Shown: positions 10,276 through 19,363, counted from the first letter of the stretch. The stretch: 64,000 bases of DNA from Bacilli bacterium (GCA_035326105.1 DAOKYO010000001.1:395805-459804), one strand, 5' to 3'. Program-made: numbers and translations. The notes: generated by a model from the letters alone, not told the origin.

Positions 10276-11193
10276 ATGGATTTTATAATTAAAATTTTGT
10301 TTGATTCGCTATATTTTAGTGGACCGATTATCCTTATTGCTCTCGGAGGCCTTTTTGCTTATAAAGCCGGTATCGTAAATATCGGTTTGGATGGTTTTAT
10401 GCTTTTTGGAGCACTAGCTTCAACCTTAATTCTTTACTTTACGAAGAGTTGGGCTTTAGCCTTACTTGGCGGTATTGTAATCGGCATTTTGCTGGGAGTA
10501 TTATTCTCCTTCTTCGGAGTAACGAAAAAAGCAAATTTTATTATCACCGGTTTTGCAATCGGTCTGTTATCGACCGCCGCCGGCAAATACGCTCTAGCGC
10601 TTATGCACGACACCTCAATCAATGTCATTGGCATTCTATCGACGGGGGCCAGTCGATTAAATATTCCGCTAATCGAAGATATTCCTTTTATTGGCCCAAT
10701 TATCTCAGGCCATACTTATCTCACATATTTCGCCTATATCAGTATCTTCCTTGTCGGCTTCATTATGAAGAAAACAAAGTTTGGAACTTATGTTCGTGTG
10801 GTAGGTGAATCGGAGGAAGCCGCACGGTCAGTCGGAATCAACATTAACCGCATAAAGTACTTAGCGGTCATTATCGGCGGAATTTTTACCGCTCTAGCCG
10901 GGTATGAAGTAGCTATTGTGCAACTGTCGTCGTACACAACGGATATTACCGCCGGTATGGGCTTCATCGCTTTAGCGGCGATATATTGTGGTGACGGTGA
11001 CCCGGGAAAGGTTTCGATATATGCAATTCTATTTGGAGTTGCGCAGGCACTATCGGTCAATCTTGCTATTCGAATCGGCAGTATTGCGGGGTTATTGAAA
11101 ATCATTCCTTATATCACTATCGTCATCGTGCTCTTCGTTGTTGCCTTAATTAAAAATCGGAAAAGCTTATATCGGGGGTTTATTTATGAATAA
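10276..11193 (+). CDS. ABC transporter permease (BMP/nucleoside system, second permease)
   Basis: 305-aa polytopic membrane protein immediately after the first permease. Confidence 0.75.
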   Translation: MDFIIKILFDSLYFSGPIILIALGGLFAYKAGIVNIGLDGFMLFGALASTLILYFTKSWALALLGGIVIGILLGVLFSFFGVTKKANFIITGFAIGLLSTAAGKYALALMHDTSINVIGILSTGASRLNIPLIEDIPFIGPIISGHTYLTYFAYISIFLVGFIMKKTKFGTYVRVVGESEEAARSVGININRIKYLAVIIGGIFTALAGYEVAIVQLSSYTTDITAGMGFIALAAIYCGDGDPGKVSIYAILFGVAQALSVNLAIRIGSIAGLLKIIPYITIVIVLFVVALIKNRKSLYRGFIYE

Positions 11194-11752
11194 GAAGTAT
11201 GCGCTAATTGTGGTTGATATGGTATACGATTTTACTAATCCCAATGGTAAAATCTTCTATCCCTTAAATGTCGACTTATTGCCTAAAATTAAGGATTTCA
11301 TTGCCGAAGTCAGAAAATATGGGGTTCAAATCATTTATATGCAACACTCAGTAACAAAGAGAATGCTTGAAGAGTCTCCGAAGAAAACGAGAGAATGTTG
11401 CTTGGTCGGTACCAAGGGTGAACAGATTGACGAGCGTTTAGAAATCCGACCCGAGGATTTGGTAATTAAAAAACATAAGTACAGTTCATTTTTTGAGACC
11501 GGGCTTGATCAAGAATTAAAGAGTCGCGGAATTGACCATATTATCGTTGCGGGAACAAAAACGAACAACTGTGTTTTTGCTACAGTTTTAGATGCGTATA
11601 ATCTCAACTATCACGCGTTTGTTCCAAAAGAATTAGTAGGCACTACCGATTATGAAACTAATGGCGTATACCTTCGGGATATGGGCAAATACCTATGTGA
11701 AGTAATGAGTGACCGGGAGATTATTGCTCATCTTCAGGAAGGGATACTATGA
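11186..11752 (+). CDS. Isochorismatase-family cysteine hydrolase (nicotinamidase/PncA-like)
   Basis: ALIVVDMVYDF (catalytic Asp region), conserved Lys, and IVAGTKTNNCVFAT (G-x-x-T-x-x-C-V nucleophile motif). Confidence 0.7.
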   Translation: MNKKYALIVVDMVYDFTNPNGKIFYPLNVDLLPKIKDFIAEVRKYGVQIIYMQHSVTKRMLEESPKKTRECCLVGTKGEQIDERLEIRPEDLVIKKHKYSSFFETGLDQELKSRGIDHIIVAGTKTNNCVFATVLDAYNLNYHAFVPKELVGTTDYETNGVYLRDMGKYLCEVMSDREIIAHLQEGIL

Positions 11753-12702
11753 AAAAATACGATGTCATCATCAGTGGATATATTGCTTTTGATCGGGTGA
11801 TTAAAATTGCCAGTCTCGCTAAAATCGGCAAAACTTCAATCATCACCAATAATGATAATAATGTTATCGAGTTTGGCGGTTGCGGAATTAACGTGGCCGT
11901 TGATCTGGCGACGCTTGGCTATAAAACACTCCCGGTTATCCGTGTGGGCGATGACTATGAAAGCAGTGGTTTTGCTTATTTTGTTAAAAATCACCGCTTA
12001 AGCGAAGCTGCCATTAAAAAAGTAACCGGTGTAAATTGCAGTTCCTGTTATTTGGTTGAAAACCCAAGTATGGATCACATCACGCTATATTATCCGGGTT
12101 CGATGGATGAAAAGTACTTTCTTAGTTACGATGAAGATTGGTTTAAGGAAAGCAAATTCGCCCTTATGACAGTAGCCAGCCGAAAGGATAATGAAGCATT
12201 TCTCGCGCTGACAGGCAAATACCATTTACCCACCTATTTTGGGATGAAAATGGATAAAACGGCTTTTCCTCCAGCCTTTCTTCGCAAAGTTTTAAAACGA
12301 GTCAGCGGTGTTTTTGCTAATAAGGTAGAAATCACTTATATTAAGCAAATTCTTCATATCGAACATACCAATCAAATGTTTTCTTTTAATAGCAATTTGC
12401 AATTTGTTGTTGTCACTAATGGTAAAAAAGGAAGCACTATTTATTATCGTAACGACAATAAGATTGAAAAAGCTACGATTGGAATTGTCCCGGCGGATGA
12501 ATTTGTCTCTACGGTTGGTTCGGGCGACGCTTATATGGCAGGCTTTATTTATGGATTAATCAAAGAGAAGGATTACTTACAATCGGCGAAGCTTGGGGCC
12601 ACATTGGCGACTTGTATTATTGAGGGGGTCGGAGCTACAAGCTCGGCTCCAGATGAAAAGCAATTGTGGGAACGGTATTATCGTTTCTTTGGAAAGGAAT
12701 AA
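11749..12702 (+). CDS. PfkB-family carbohydrate/nucleoside kinase (ribokinase-like)
   Basis: C-terminal GSGDAYMAGFIYGL matches the PfkB DTxGAGD anion-hole motif; the start is translationally coupled to the preceding gene. Confidence 0.75.
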   Translation: MKKYDVIISGYIAFDRVIKIASLAKIGKTSIITNNDNNVIEFGGCGINVAVDLATLGYKTLPVIRVGDDYESSGFAYFVKNHRLSEAAIKKVTGVNCSSCYLVENPSMDHITLYYPGSMDEKYFLSYDEDWFKESKFALMTVASRKDNEAFLALTGKYHLPTYFGMKMDKTAFPPAFLRKVLKRVSGVFANKVEITYIKQILHIEHTNQMFSFNSNLQFVVVTNGKKGSTIYYRNDNKIEKATIGIVPADEFVSTVGSGDAYMAGFIYGLIKEKDYLQSAKLGATLATCIIEGVGATSSAPDEKQLWERYYRFFGKE

Positions 12703-12705
12703 ATT

Positions 12706-13470
12706 ATGCAACCGACACTCTATTTAAAAGTTACCGACCAAAGTGTAGCTCCATATGTGATTTTTTCCGGCGATCCCTGGCGGGTGGAAGTCCTAAAAAG
12801 TTACCTTGACAATCCTCAAAGCGTTGGTTTTTATCGGGAATTCAATACTTATACCGGCACCTATAAAGGCTTGCCCATCACGATTACTTCCACCGGAATT
12901 GGCGCGCCTTCGGCCGTAATTGCCCTCGAAGAAATGTTCGATGCCGGGATGAAAGTGGCTTTACGAATGGGAACAGCAATGTCGCTGAGTAAAGCGGATT
13001 TGGGAAATTACATTATTCCCGCTTCTTCGAAAAGATTAGAGAAAACAAGCCTTACCTATGTTGATGAAAATTATCCGGCGAAAGCCGATCCAAAGTTTCT
13101 TCAGTCCATCATCAAAACCGTAACAAGCGCAGGGCAAAAAGTCATCACTGGCGAAAGTGCGACCATGGATGGATATTATTCGCAAATGAAGGAATCTCGA
13201 CTTTCAAAAATACGGCGAGTGGACATTGAAAGGAACTTTACGCAGTTAGAACAAGAAGGCATTATCTCGGTCGACATGGAAACATCTGCACTGATGGTAG
13301 TTGCCTCGCTTATGAAAGTGCCGTTTGCCTCATTGACCTTAGTCACAGTTTTGAAAAATCTCGCCGCCTTATTGGATGAAAAAACACGGAGGCGAAAAGA
13401 AGATGAACTTTGTCGGTTGGCGCTAGATTCGATGGTTAATTTTGTGAAGGAGGAAAAAATAAATGAATGA
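12706..13470 (+). CDS. Nucleoside phosphorylase, PNP/UDP family 1 (DeoD/Udp-like)
   Basis: FSGDPWRVEVL...YTGTYKGLPITITSTGIGAPSAVIALEEM and VDMETSAL align with DeoD/Udp core motifs. Confidence 0.75.
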   Translation: MQPTLYLKVTDQSVAPYVIFSGDPWRVEVLKSYLDNPQSVGFYREFNTYTGTYKGLPITITSTGIGAPSAVIALEEMFDAGMKVALRMGTAMSLSKADLGNYIIPASSKRLEKTSLTYVDENYPAKADPKFLQSIIKTVTSAGQKVITGESATMDGYYSQMKESRLSKIRRVDIERNFTQLEQEGIISVDMETSALMVVASLMKVPFASLTLVTVLKNLAALLDEKTRRRKEDELCRLALDSMVNFVKEEKINE

Positions 13471-14248
13471 TTTTTTTAAGAAATATCCAAAGACGATAAT
13501 TGGTATGGTCCATTGTTTGCCTTTGCCAGGGACAGCCCGTTATTCCGATTTAAATCAAGTGCGTAAACAGGCTTTAGCCGATGCACTTACGCTTCAAAAA
13601 GCGGGTTATGATGCGATTATGATTGAAAATATGGGCGACGCTCCATATGCCGAAAAAATGGATTTAGCCCAAATCACAGCGATGAGTGCAATCGCCGAGA
13701 TGATAAAAGAGGCGGTTGATCTTCCTTTAGGAATTGATTGTGCTTTCAGTGATTATCGCAGTGCTTTAGCCATTGCTAAGGCAGTCGGAGCAGATTTCAT
13801 TCGCATTCCCGTTTTTATCGATACGGTGGTCTACGCTAATGGCATTATCTATCCTTCGGCGCACGATGCCTTAATTTATCGGCGGGAAATTGACGCTGAA
13901 AAAGTGCTGATTATGGCTGACCTACAGGTTAAGCACACCCATATGCTCGTTAATGATATGAGTATTGAAGAATCGGCTAAACTAGCAGAAGCAAGCGGAG
14001 CCGATGCCGTAGTTGTAACGGGTGTTTTGACGGGTAAGCCAACTTCAATTGAAGATATTGAGCAGGTCAAAAAAGCCGTTACGGTTCCAGTTTATGTTGG
14101 CTCGGGTGTGAGTGTTAAAAACATTAAAGATCAATTGAGTATTGCCAGTGGCGTTATCGTTGGCAGTTCTCTAAAAGACAAAGGCAAAGTTAGTTTACCG
14201 GTTGATTTCGATTTAGCCAAAGAGCTAATTGAAGCATATAAGAAATAG
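13463..14248 (+). CDS. BtpA/SgcQ family TIM-barrel protein (function unknown)
   Basis: N-terminal KTIIGMVHCLPLPGTARYS matches the BtpA/SgcQ family signature. Confidence 0.55.
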   Translation: MNDFFKKYPKTIIGMVHCLPLPGTARYSDLNQVRKQALADALTLQKAGYDAIMIENMGDAPYAEKMDLAQITAMSAIAEMIKEAVDLPLGIDCAFSDYRSALAIAKAVGADFIRIPVFIDTVVYANGIIYPSAHDALIYRREIDAEKVLIMADLQVKHTHMLVNDMSIEESAKLAEASGADAVVVTGVLTGKPTSIEDIEQVKKAVTVPVYVGSGVSVKNIKDQLSIASGVIVGSSLKDKGKVSLPVDFDLAKELIEAYKK

Positions 14249-14260
14249 GAGGAGAAGAAT

Positions 14261-14992
14261 ATGCGTTTAATTTGTTTTCTTAATCATGGCTCGCCTTCAA
14301 TTGAAGCCAGCCATCGCGTCGTCGATTGTTATGTTGAGGGTGGAGCGGATGTAGTCGAGACGGATTTTCCAGCAGATGATCCCTATCTTGACGGAGACAA
14401 CATCAAAATTCGGATGCATGAAGCATTAACAAAATGCCACGATTATGACAAATACATGAAGTCGGTAGAGACCATTTTGAAGGAGCATCCAGGAATTCAT
14501 CTTTATATGTTGATTTATGAAGAAACGATTATGGCAATTGGTATGGAGAAATTTCTGGCTTTCTTAAGAAGAAATAATTTACAGGAAGTGTTGCTGGTTG
14601 GAGCGCGGCATCCGGAAGTTCGGGCTCGGCTTTTAAAAGAAAAATTAAAAGTCAGTGCCTACATCGAATACCATTTGCCCGAAGATGAGATTGAAACAGC
14701 CAAGCAAACAACGGGGTTTGTTTACCTGCAGGCGACACCATCTGGCAAATTCCATTCTCAATATAAAGATCTTAAGTCAATTATCAAGTACCTGCGCGAA
14801 GAACGGGGTATTTCCAATGAAATCAACTGCGGTATCGGAATTCATGACTATGATCAAGTTAGAATGGTTCGTGACGCCGGAGCGGATGGAGTGTTTATCG
14901 GCACGCAGGTTATGAACCTGCATGGACAACCGGAAAAGCTTATTGCCAAGGTCAAAGAACTAAAGGCAATCGCCAGCGGTCAAGTAAAGTAG
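14261..14992 (+). CDS. Tryptophan synthase alpha-subunit (TrpA) homolog, stand-alone paralog in a nucleoside operon
   Basis: Alignable with E. coli TrpA across the barrel: GGADVVETDFPADDPYLDGDNIK vs [23 protein letters not shown], with catalytic Glu and Asp equivalents conserved; CGIGIHDYDQVRMVRDAGADGVFIG vs [24 protein letters not shown]. No trpB adjacent. Confidence 0.6.
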   Translation: MRLICFLNHGSPSIEASHRVVDCYVEGGADVVETDFPADDPYLDGDNIKIRMHEALTKCHDYDKYMKSVETILKEHPGIHLYMLIYEETIMAIGMEKFLAFLRRNNLQEVLLVGARHPEVRARLLKEKLKVSAYIEYHLPEDEIETAKQTTGFVYLQATPSGKFHSQYKDLKSIIKYLREERGISNEINCGIGIHDYDQVRMVRDAGADGVFIGTQVMNLHGQPEKLIAKVKELKAIASGQVK

Positions 14993-15001
14993 TTCCCCCA
15001 A

Positions 15002-15033
15002 ATAGACACAGTTCCCCATGTGTCTATTTTTTT
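15002..15033 (+). terminator. Rho-independent terminator (ATAGACACA-8nt loop-TGTGTCTAT plus U-tract)
   Basis: Perfect 9-bp stem followed by TTTTTTT directly after the stop of 14261..14992. Confidence 0.7.
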
Positions 15034-15144
15034 ATGTCAACAAAAAAAACGACGTTTGGTGTAAGCGGTTTTAGGCATAAAAATATGATTGTTATCTCTT
15101 GATTTATTTAAACGAAACTATAATTGGAACAACGGGAGGGTTAT

Positions 15145-16584
15145 ATGCTCAAAGTAACAAAAAGAATATTTCTATTTTCTATTTTACTTCTGGCAAGTTG
15201 TGCCCAAACGGGAGGTTCTTCCTCTAACTCTATAGCTAGTACTGGTAGTGAATCGTCCGCGAGTGAAACAAATTCATCTGGAAGTTCTTCAGTTTTTATT
15301 CCATCATCTTCATCCGAGGATATGGAGTATTTGCCATCGGGGGCGGAAGATTATTTCTTGCCCATTCCTTCAGGCGATGATTTCGATGCTGTCTGTGATA
15401 ATATACAACAATATATTAATCTTCTGGATGCTCATCTATTTAATATGGATACGAGTTTTACAATTGCCTATTCGTTCGTCGACAGTGGATCAAGCGCACG
15501 TTACGACTATTCTTCTTTATGGAATATTAACTTAGATGTCGATTTTAAAACGACACCCCGCGCCGGAAAATATATCGACACTTATACCATTGACTATCGA
15601 GATTATGGGATTCAAAATCAAGGAACGGAATTAAATGCAACCGAAACCTTAAGTGTTGTTGACGATATTTTCCTAAATCGCGGAGAAAAGCGAAATGCGG
15701 GGTTTAGTGATTTTCCGATTAATGCACGGGAACATAGCATTTCTGTTTCCACCAGTGAACAACTTTGGTATGCGGCCAGCAGGGGATACCTACCGGTTCC
15801 GGTCGCCGGATCAAAAGCGGAAGCAATTTATGACGAAGCTTTGGACATTGCGCGAGAATATATCTCTAACGATGATGACGATGTCGAAAAGGAAAGGAAA
15901 ATCTTTGCCTGGTTGGGTAACGATATTCTCTACGATTACACCGCCTATGAGAAAGGTTATAGTGGTGTCGGTTATCAATATCAAAATGACTGCTATTATT
16001 TAGAGGGCATTTTTAATCGCCACATCGCCGTTTGCGACGGGATGTCGAAGGCGCTTGTCTTATTGTCATCAATTGAAAATATCCCCGCGGTACGGGTAAC
16101 GGGATACGTTATCGCCAGTGGCCAAGGAGCCGGACACGCATGGAACTATGTCCAATTAGGTGGCGAATGGTATGCGGCTTGTCCAACAAGCAACAACACG
16201 ATGGGAGAAGTAAGTGATACGCTTTATGAATTAGGGAACAAGGAATTATTCTTGGTTTCTAATGCAACAATCGATGCTGTTTATAAACAGACGAGCTTCC
16301 CCTTAGCCAAGGCCGATTCGGATTATGGTTTCTATGCTAATACGACGATTGAATACAATGATTTCACTCATAATCTAGTGGCTAAAAATGCTTCCGATGT
16401 TGTGAAGTTCACTCAATTACTCGCTGATTATCCTTCAATTAACGATGAAAAGAAAGTAATGAACTTTCAATATGCGGATGGTCTGGATATCAATGCCGCT
16501 ATCGCTCAAGCACGGAGTGAGACCGGACTAAACTTTGGCGGTTTTATCGGTTCTGATAACGAACTAATATTAATCACACTCTAA
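15145..16584 (+). CDS. Transglutaminase-like (Cys-His-Asp) domain lipoprotein
   Basis: Lipobox LLASCAQ; CDGMSKAL ... GHAWNYV core of the transglutaminase-like cysteine peptidase fold. Start set to ATG 15145 after GGGAGGG, not the TTG at 15124. Confidence 0.65.
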   Translation: MLKVTKRIFLFSILLLASCAQTGGSSSNSIASTGSESSASETNSSGSSSVFIPSSSSEDMEYLPSGAEDYFLPIPSGDDFDAVCDNIQQYINLLDAHLFNMDTSFTIAYSFVDSGSSARYDYSSLWNINLDVDFKTTPRAGKYIDTYTIDYRDYGIQNQGTELNATETLSVVDDIFLNRGEKRNAGFSDFPINAREHSISVSTSEQLWYAASRGYLPVPVAGSKAEAIYDEALDIAREYISNDDDDVEKERKIFAWLGNDILYDYTAYEKGYSGVGYQYQNDCYYLEGIFNRHIAVCDGMSKALVLLSSIENIPAVRVTGYVIASGQGAGHAWNYVQLGGEWYAACPTSNNTMGEVSDTLYELGNKELFLVSNATIDAVYKQTSFPLAKADSDYGFYANTTIEYNDFTHNLVAKNASDVVKFTQLLADYPSINDEKKVMNFQYADGLDINAAIAQARSETGLNFGGFIGSDNELILITL

Positions 16585-16604
16585 TCATCGATTAAATAAG
16601 ACTA

Positions 16605-16642
16605 AACTTCCGGCACCTTAAAATGCTTAGGAAGTTTTTTTT
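16605..16642 (+). terminator. Rho-independent terminator (AACTTCC...GGAAGTT plus T8)
   Basis: 7-bp stem, 18-nt loop, then TTTTTTTT after the stop at 16584. Confidence 0.6.
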
Positions 16643-16795
16643 ATGAAAGGCGGTTTTTAATGACTAAAAAATAATAGGGCGATTACTCTTTGCTTATATT
16701 TAGCAGACTATTTATTAATATGGGATATTTATGAGCGTTTTTTAAACCTTTTTACGTCACTATTTTATAATGAAACTGAAATAAAAGGAGTCATT

Positions 16796-18451
16796 ATGAG
16801 AATTGTTATTATTGGTGCGGTGGCAGGGGGGACCTCGGCCGCGGCAAAAGCCAGAAGAGAAAACGAAACTGCCGATATTGTGGTGTATGAGAAAGATCAA
16901 CACATTTCCTATGCGGGATGCGGGATGCCGTATTATCTTGGAAAACAAGTTGCCGAGGAAGAGGAATTAGCTCCGCGCGATGCCGATTACTTTAAAAAGA
17001 AGTACAACATTGATATTTATACCGAACATGAAGTCATTGATTTGGACGTAGAAAAAAAGGAAGTTATGATTATCGATCTTAAGACAAAAGCTACTTTTGC
17101 CGAACACTACGATAAATTAATTATTGCGACCGGAGCTCGGTCTTCTGTACCACCGATTAAGGGACGTGAACACGCTAATGTTTTTACCTTAAGAACGATA
17201 AAAGATATGGAAAACATTGAAGCGTTTATCGACAATAAATCCCCAAAGACAGCCGCGATTATTGGAACCGGCTTCATTGGCTTAGAGGTGGCGGAAAATT
17301 TAACCCGTCTTGGTATTAAAGTTACTTTGATTGAAAAGATGCCGCAGGTTTCACCATCGTTAGACAGCGACATGGCGATCCTTGTTCAAGATGAATTAAC
17401 GAAAAACGGAGTACGGGTTCTCGTCAATCAAAACATTCAAGAAATAACCGATAATGGAGTTGTTTTAGAAGGTGATGAATTTATAAATGGGGATTTAGTT
17501 TTAATCGCAACCGGTGTTCGGCCGAATGTAGATTTAGCCCGCAGTTCCGGAATTGAAATAGGGGTGACCGGAGCGATTGCCGTTAATGATAGAATGGAAA
17601 CCAGTGTGACGGATATATATGCGGTCGGTGATTGTATGGAAGAGTATCACGCTCTTACCGGAAAGCCGGTTTATCGGCCGATGGGATCAACGGCTAATAA
17701 GACGGGACGTATCGCCGGTAATAATGCTGCTGGTGGGCCAGTACTGACTTTTAAAGGAGTGATTGGAACAGCGATATATAAAGTTTTTAACCTAGCGGTC
17801 GCCCAGACCGGTTTAACTGAAAAAGAACTTATTAAAGAAAACATACCCTATCAAGTAAGTTTTAATATTAAACCGGAGAAACCAGAGTATTTGGGCGGTC
17901 AAGAAATGGTTATGAAAGTTATTGCTCGCAAGGATAATTTGCAGATTTTAGGAGCGGAAATTATTGGAACTTCGGGAGTTGACAAGAGAATCGACGTTTT
18001 AGCCACAGCGATTTCTTTTAAAGCCACGGCAAGCGATTTGGCAGCTCTGGATTTAGCCTATGCTCCTCCCTTTTCAACGGCCAAGGATCCGATTATATAT
18101 AGCGGAATGATTCTTGAGAACTCCATTTTATATGGACGTAAACAAATGACGGCTCACGAGGTCGATAATTTATCGCAAAACAGCTCGTCAGACGTTGTGA
18201 TTCTCGATAATCGCCGTCCAGAATTATTCCGTGCGGGGCATATTCCAGGGGCAATCAATGTCGCGCAGGAAGATATGAGAGACTATCTTCAAAATCTGGA
18301 TAAAAAAGCCACAATCCTTACCTATTGCTCCAAAGGAGTGACGGCCAACGCCACTCAAAACATTCTTATTAATCACGGATTTGAAAACGTGTATAGTCTA
18401 AATGGCGGATATTCCACTTTTGCGAATTACCAAAGAATTAACAAAAAGTAG
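16796..18451 (+). CDS. CoA-disulfide reductase / NADH oxidase family flavoprotein fused to a C-terminal rhodanese domain (CoADR-RHD type)
   Basis: N-terminal GAVAGG FAD motif, redox Cys in SYAGCGMPY, second NAD(P) GxGxxG (GTGFIG); C-terminal ~100-aa rhodanese with YCSKGVTANA active-site loop. Confidence 0.8.
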   Translation: MRIVIIGAVAGGTSAAAKARRENETADIVVYEKDQHISYAGCGMPYYLGKQVAEEEELAPRDADYFKKKYNIDIYTEHEVIDLDVEKKEVMIIDLKTKATFAEHYDKLIIATGARSSVPPIKGREHANVFTLRTIKDMENIEAFIDNKSPKTAAIIGTGFIGLEVAENLTRLGIKVTLIEKMPQVSPSLDSDMAILVQDELTKNGVRVLVNQNIQEITDNGVVLEGDEFINGDLVLIATGVRPNVDLARSSGIEIGVTGAIAVNDRMETSVTDIYAVGDCMEEYHALTGKPVYRPMGSTANKTGRIAGNNAAGGPVLTFKGVIGTAIYKVFNLAVAQTGLTEKELIKENIPYQVSFNIKPEKPEYLGGQEMVMKVIARKDNLQILGAEIIGTSGVDKRIDVLATAISFKATASDLAALDLAYAPPFSTAKDPIIYSGMILENSILYGRKQMTAHEVDNLSQNSSSDVVILDNRRPELFRAGHIPGAINVAQEDMRDYLQNLDKKATILTYCSKGVTANATQNILINHGFENVYSLNGGYSTFANYQRINKK

Positions 18452-18499
18452 ATTTTAACCGCCTCTATGCGCACATTAAAAAGAAACAAATTTGAGATG

Positions 18500-18541
18500 A
18501 GACCCAAATGTTAGACCAACTAACAGGAGGGTCTTTTTTTA
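18500..18541 (+). terminator. Rho-independent terminator after the CoADR-RHD gene
   Basis: AGACCC...GGGTCT (or inner AGACC/GGTCT) stem followed by TTTTTTT. Confidence 0.6.
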
Positions 18542-18616
18542 CTGCATAAAGCAATTGTTGTATGCGATTGATAACTTTATGGGTTAAATGATAATTTGAA
18601 TAAAAAAGTCACTTTT

Positions 18617-18645
18617 TTGGCAAAAAAGCCATTTTGATATATACT
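18617..18645 (+). promoter_or_regulatory. Sigma70-type promoter TTGGCA-17nt-TATACT
   Basis: Good -35/-10 match in the 450-nt AT-rich intergenic region upstream of the uORF and GNAT gene. Confidence 0.45.
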
Positions 18646-18683
18646 ATATATAATTATATGAATACGTTAGTAGAGGAGGAGAT

Positions 18684-18734
18684 ATGATATATAAATGTTT
18701 TTTTATTATGCGGCAAAGGGATAAAAAAAGTTAG
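18684..18734 (+). CDS. 16-codon upstream ORF (MIYKCFFIMRQRDKKS), candidate leader peptide
   Basis: Strong SD AGAGGAGGAG 4-6 nt before the ATG; followed by a 9-bp hairpin at 18761..18786; lies in the leader of the GNAT gene. Confidence 0.3.
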   Translation: MIYKCFFIMRQRDKKS

Positions 18735-18916
18735 TTTTGCGGGCATAAGTGATTTTAAAAAATGAAAACTTGAAAATGTTTTCATTCGGGGGAAGCGGAT
18801 ACTATATTGAGTTGATATTTTTGTATGAATTAACTAGTTGCTCAATGTACAACTTCTAGCCAATCGGCATAAAGAGTCACGACAAATTCTTCATTAAAAG
18901 AATGGAGAGTGAAATA

Positions 18917-19360
18917 ATGATTCGAAGAATTTTAAAGAAAGATCGCAATGATTACTTTGCGATGTCAAAAAGTTTTTATACGTCAAAAGCCCTTATCGAG
19001 CCAAAGGATCCCAAGCATTTAGAATCGACATTTGTTCAACTGATTGAGAGCAATCCTTTATTGGAAGGTTACGTCTACGAAATAAATGGTAAAGTGGCTA
19101 GTTATATGCTTTTGACCTTCTCCTACTCAAATGAATTAGGAGGAGAGATGATTACTATTGATGAACTATATATTAAACCGGAATATCAAAGGCGAGGTAT
19201 TGCTAGTAAAATGATTGAATTTGTGGAAAAACAGTTTCCCCATCATCGAGCAATTTCTTTACTTGTAAATATGGATAATATACAGGCAAAAGCAGTTTAT
19301 ATGCATAAGGGTTTCCGCCCAGTAGATTATATGCCGATGATTAAAATGAATTTGTCGTGA
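18917..19360 (+). CDS. GNAT family N-acetyltransferase
   Basis: YIKPEYQRRGIASKMI acetyl-CoA binding motif (Q/RxxGxG/A). Start ATG 18917 (MIRRIL) preferred over 18902. Confidence 0.7.
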   Translation: MIRRILKKDRNDYFAMSKSFYTSKALIEPKDPKHLESTFVQLIESNPLLEGYVYEINGKVASYMLLTFSYSNELGGEMITIDELYIKPEYQRRGIASKMIEFVEKQFPHHRAISLLVNMDNIQAKAVYMHKGFRPVDYMPMIKMNLS

Positions 19361-19363
19361 TAG

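Noticed and set aside
15124-15144. ORF-track upstream alternative starts (mostly TTG/GTG): 9135, 15124, 18902, 35379, 36548, 44040, 47025, 55948, 62788
   Set aside because: In each case a downstream ATG with a good Shine-Dalgarno and, where relevant, a signal-peptide/lipobox N-terminus is more plausible. Upstream extensions overlap the preceding gene or add non-signal residues.
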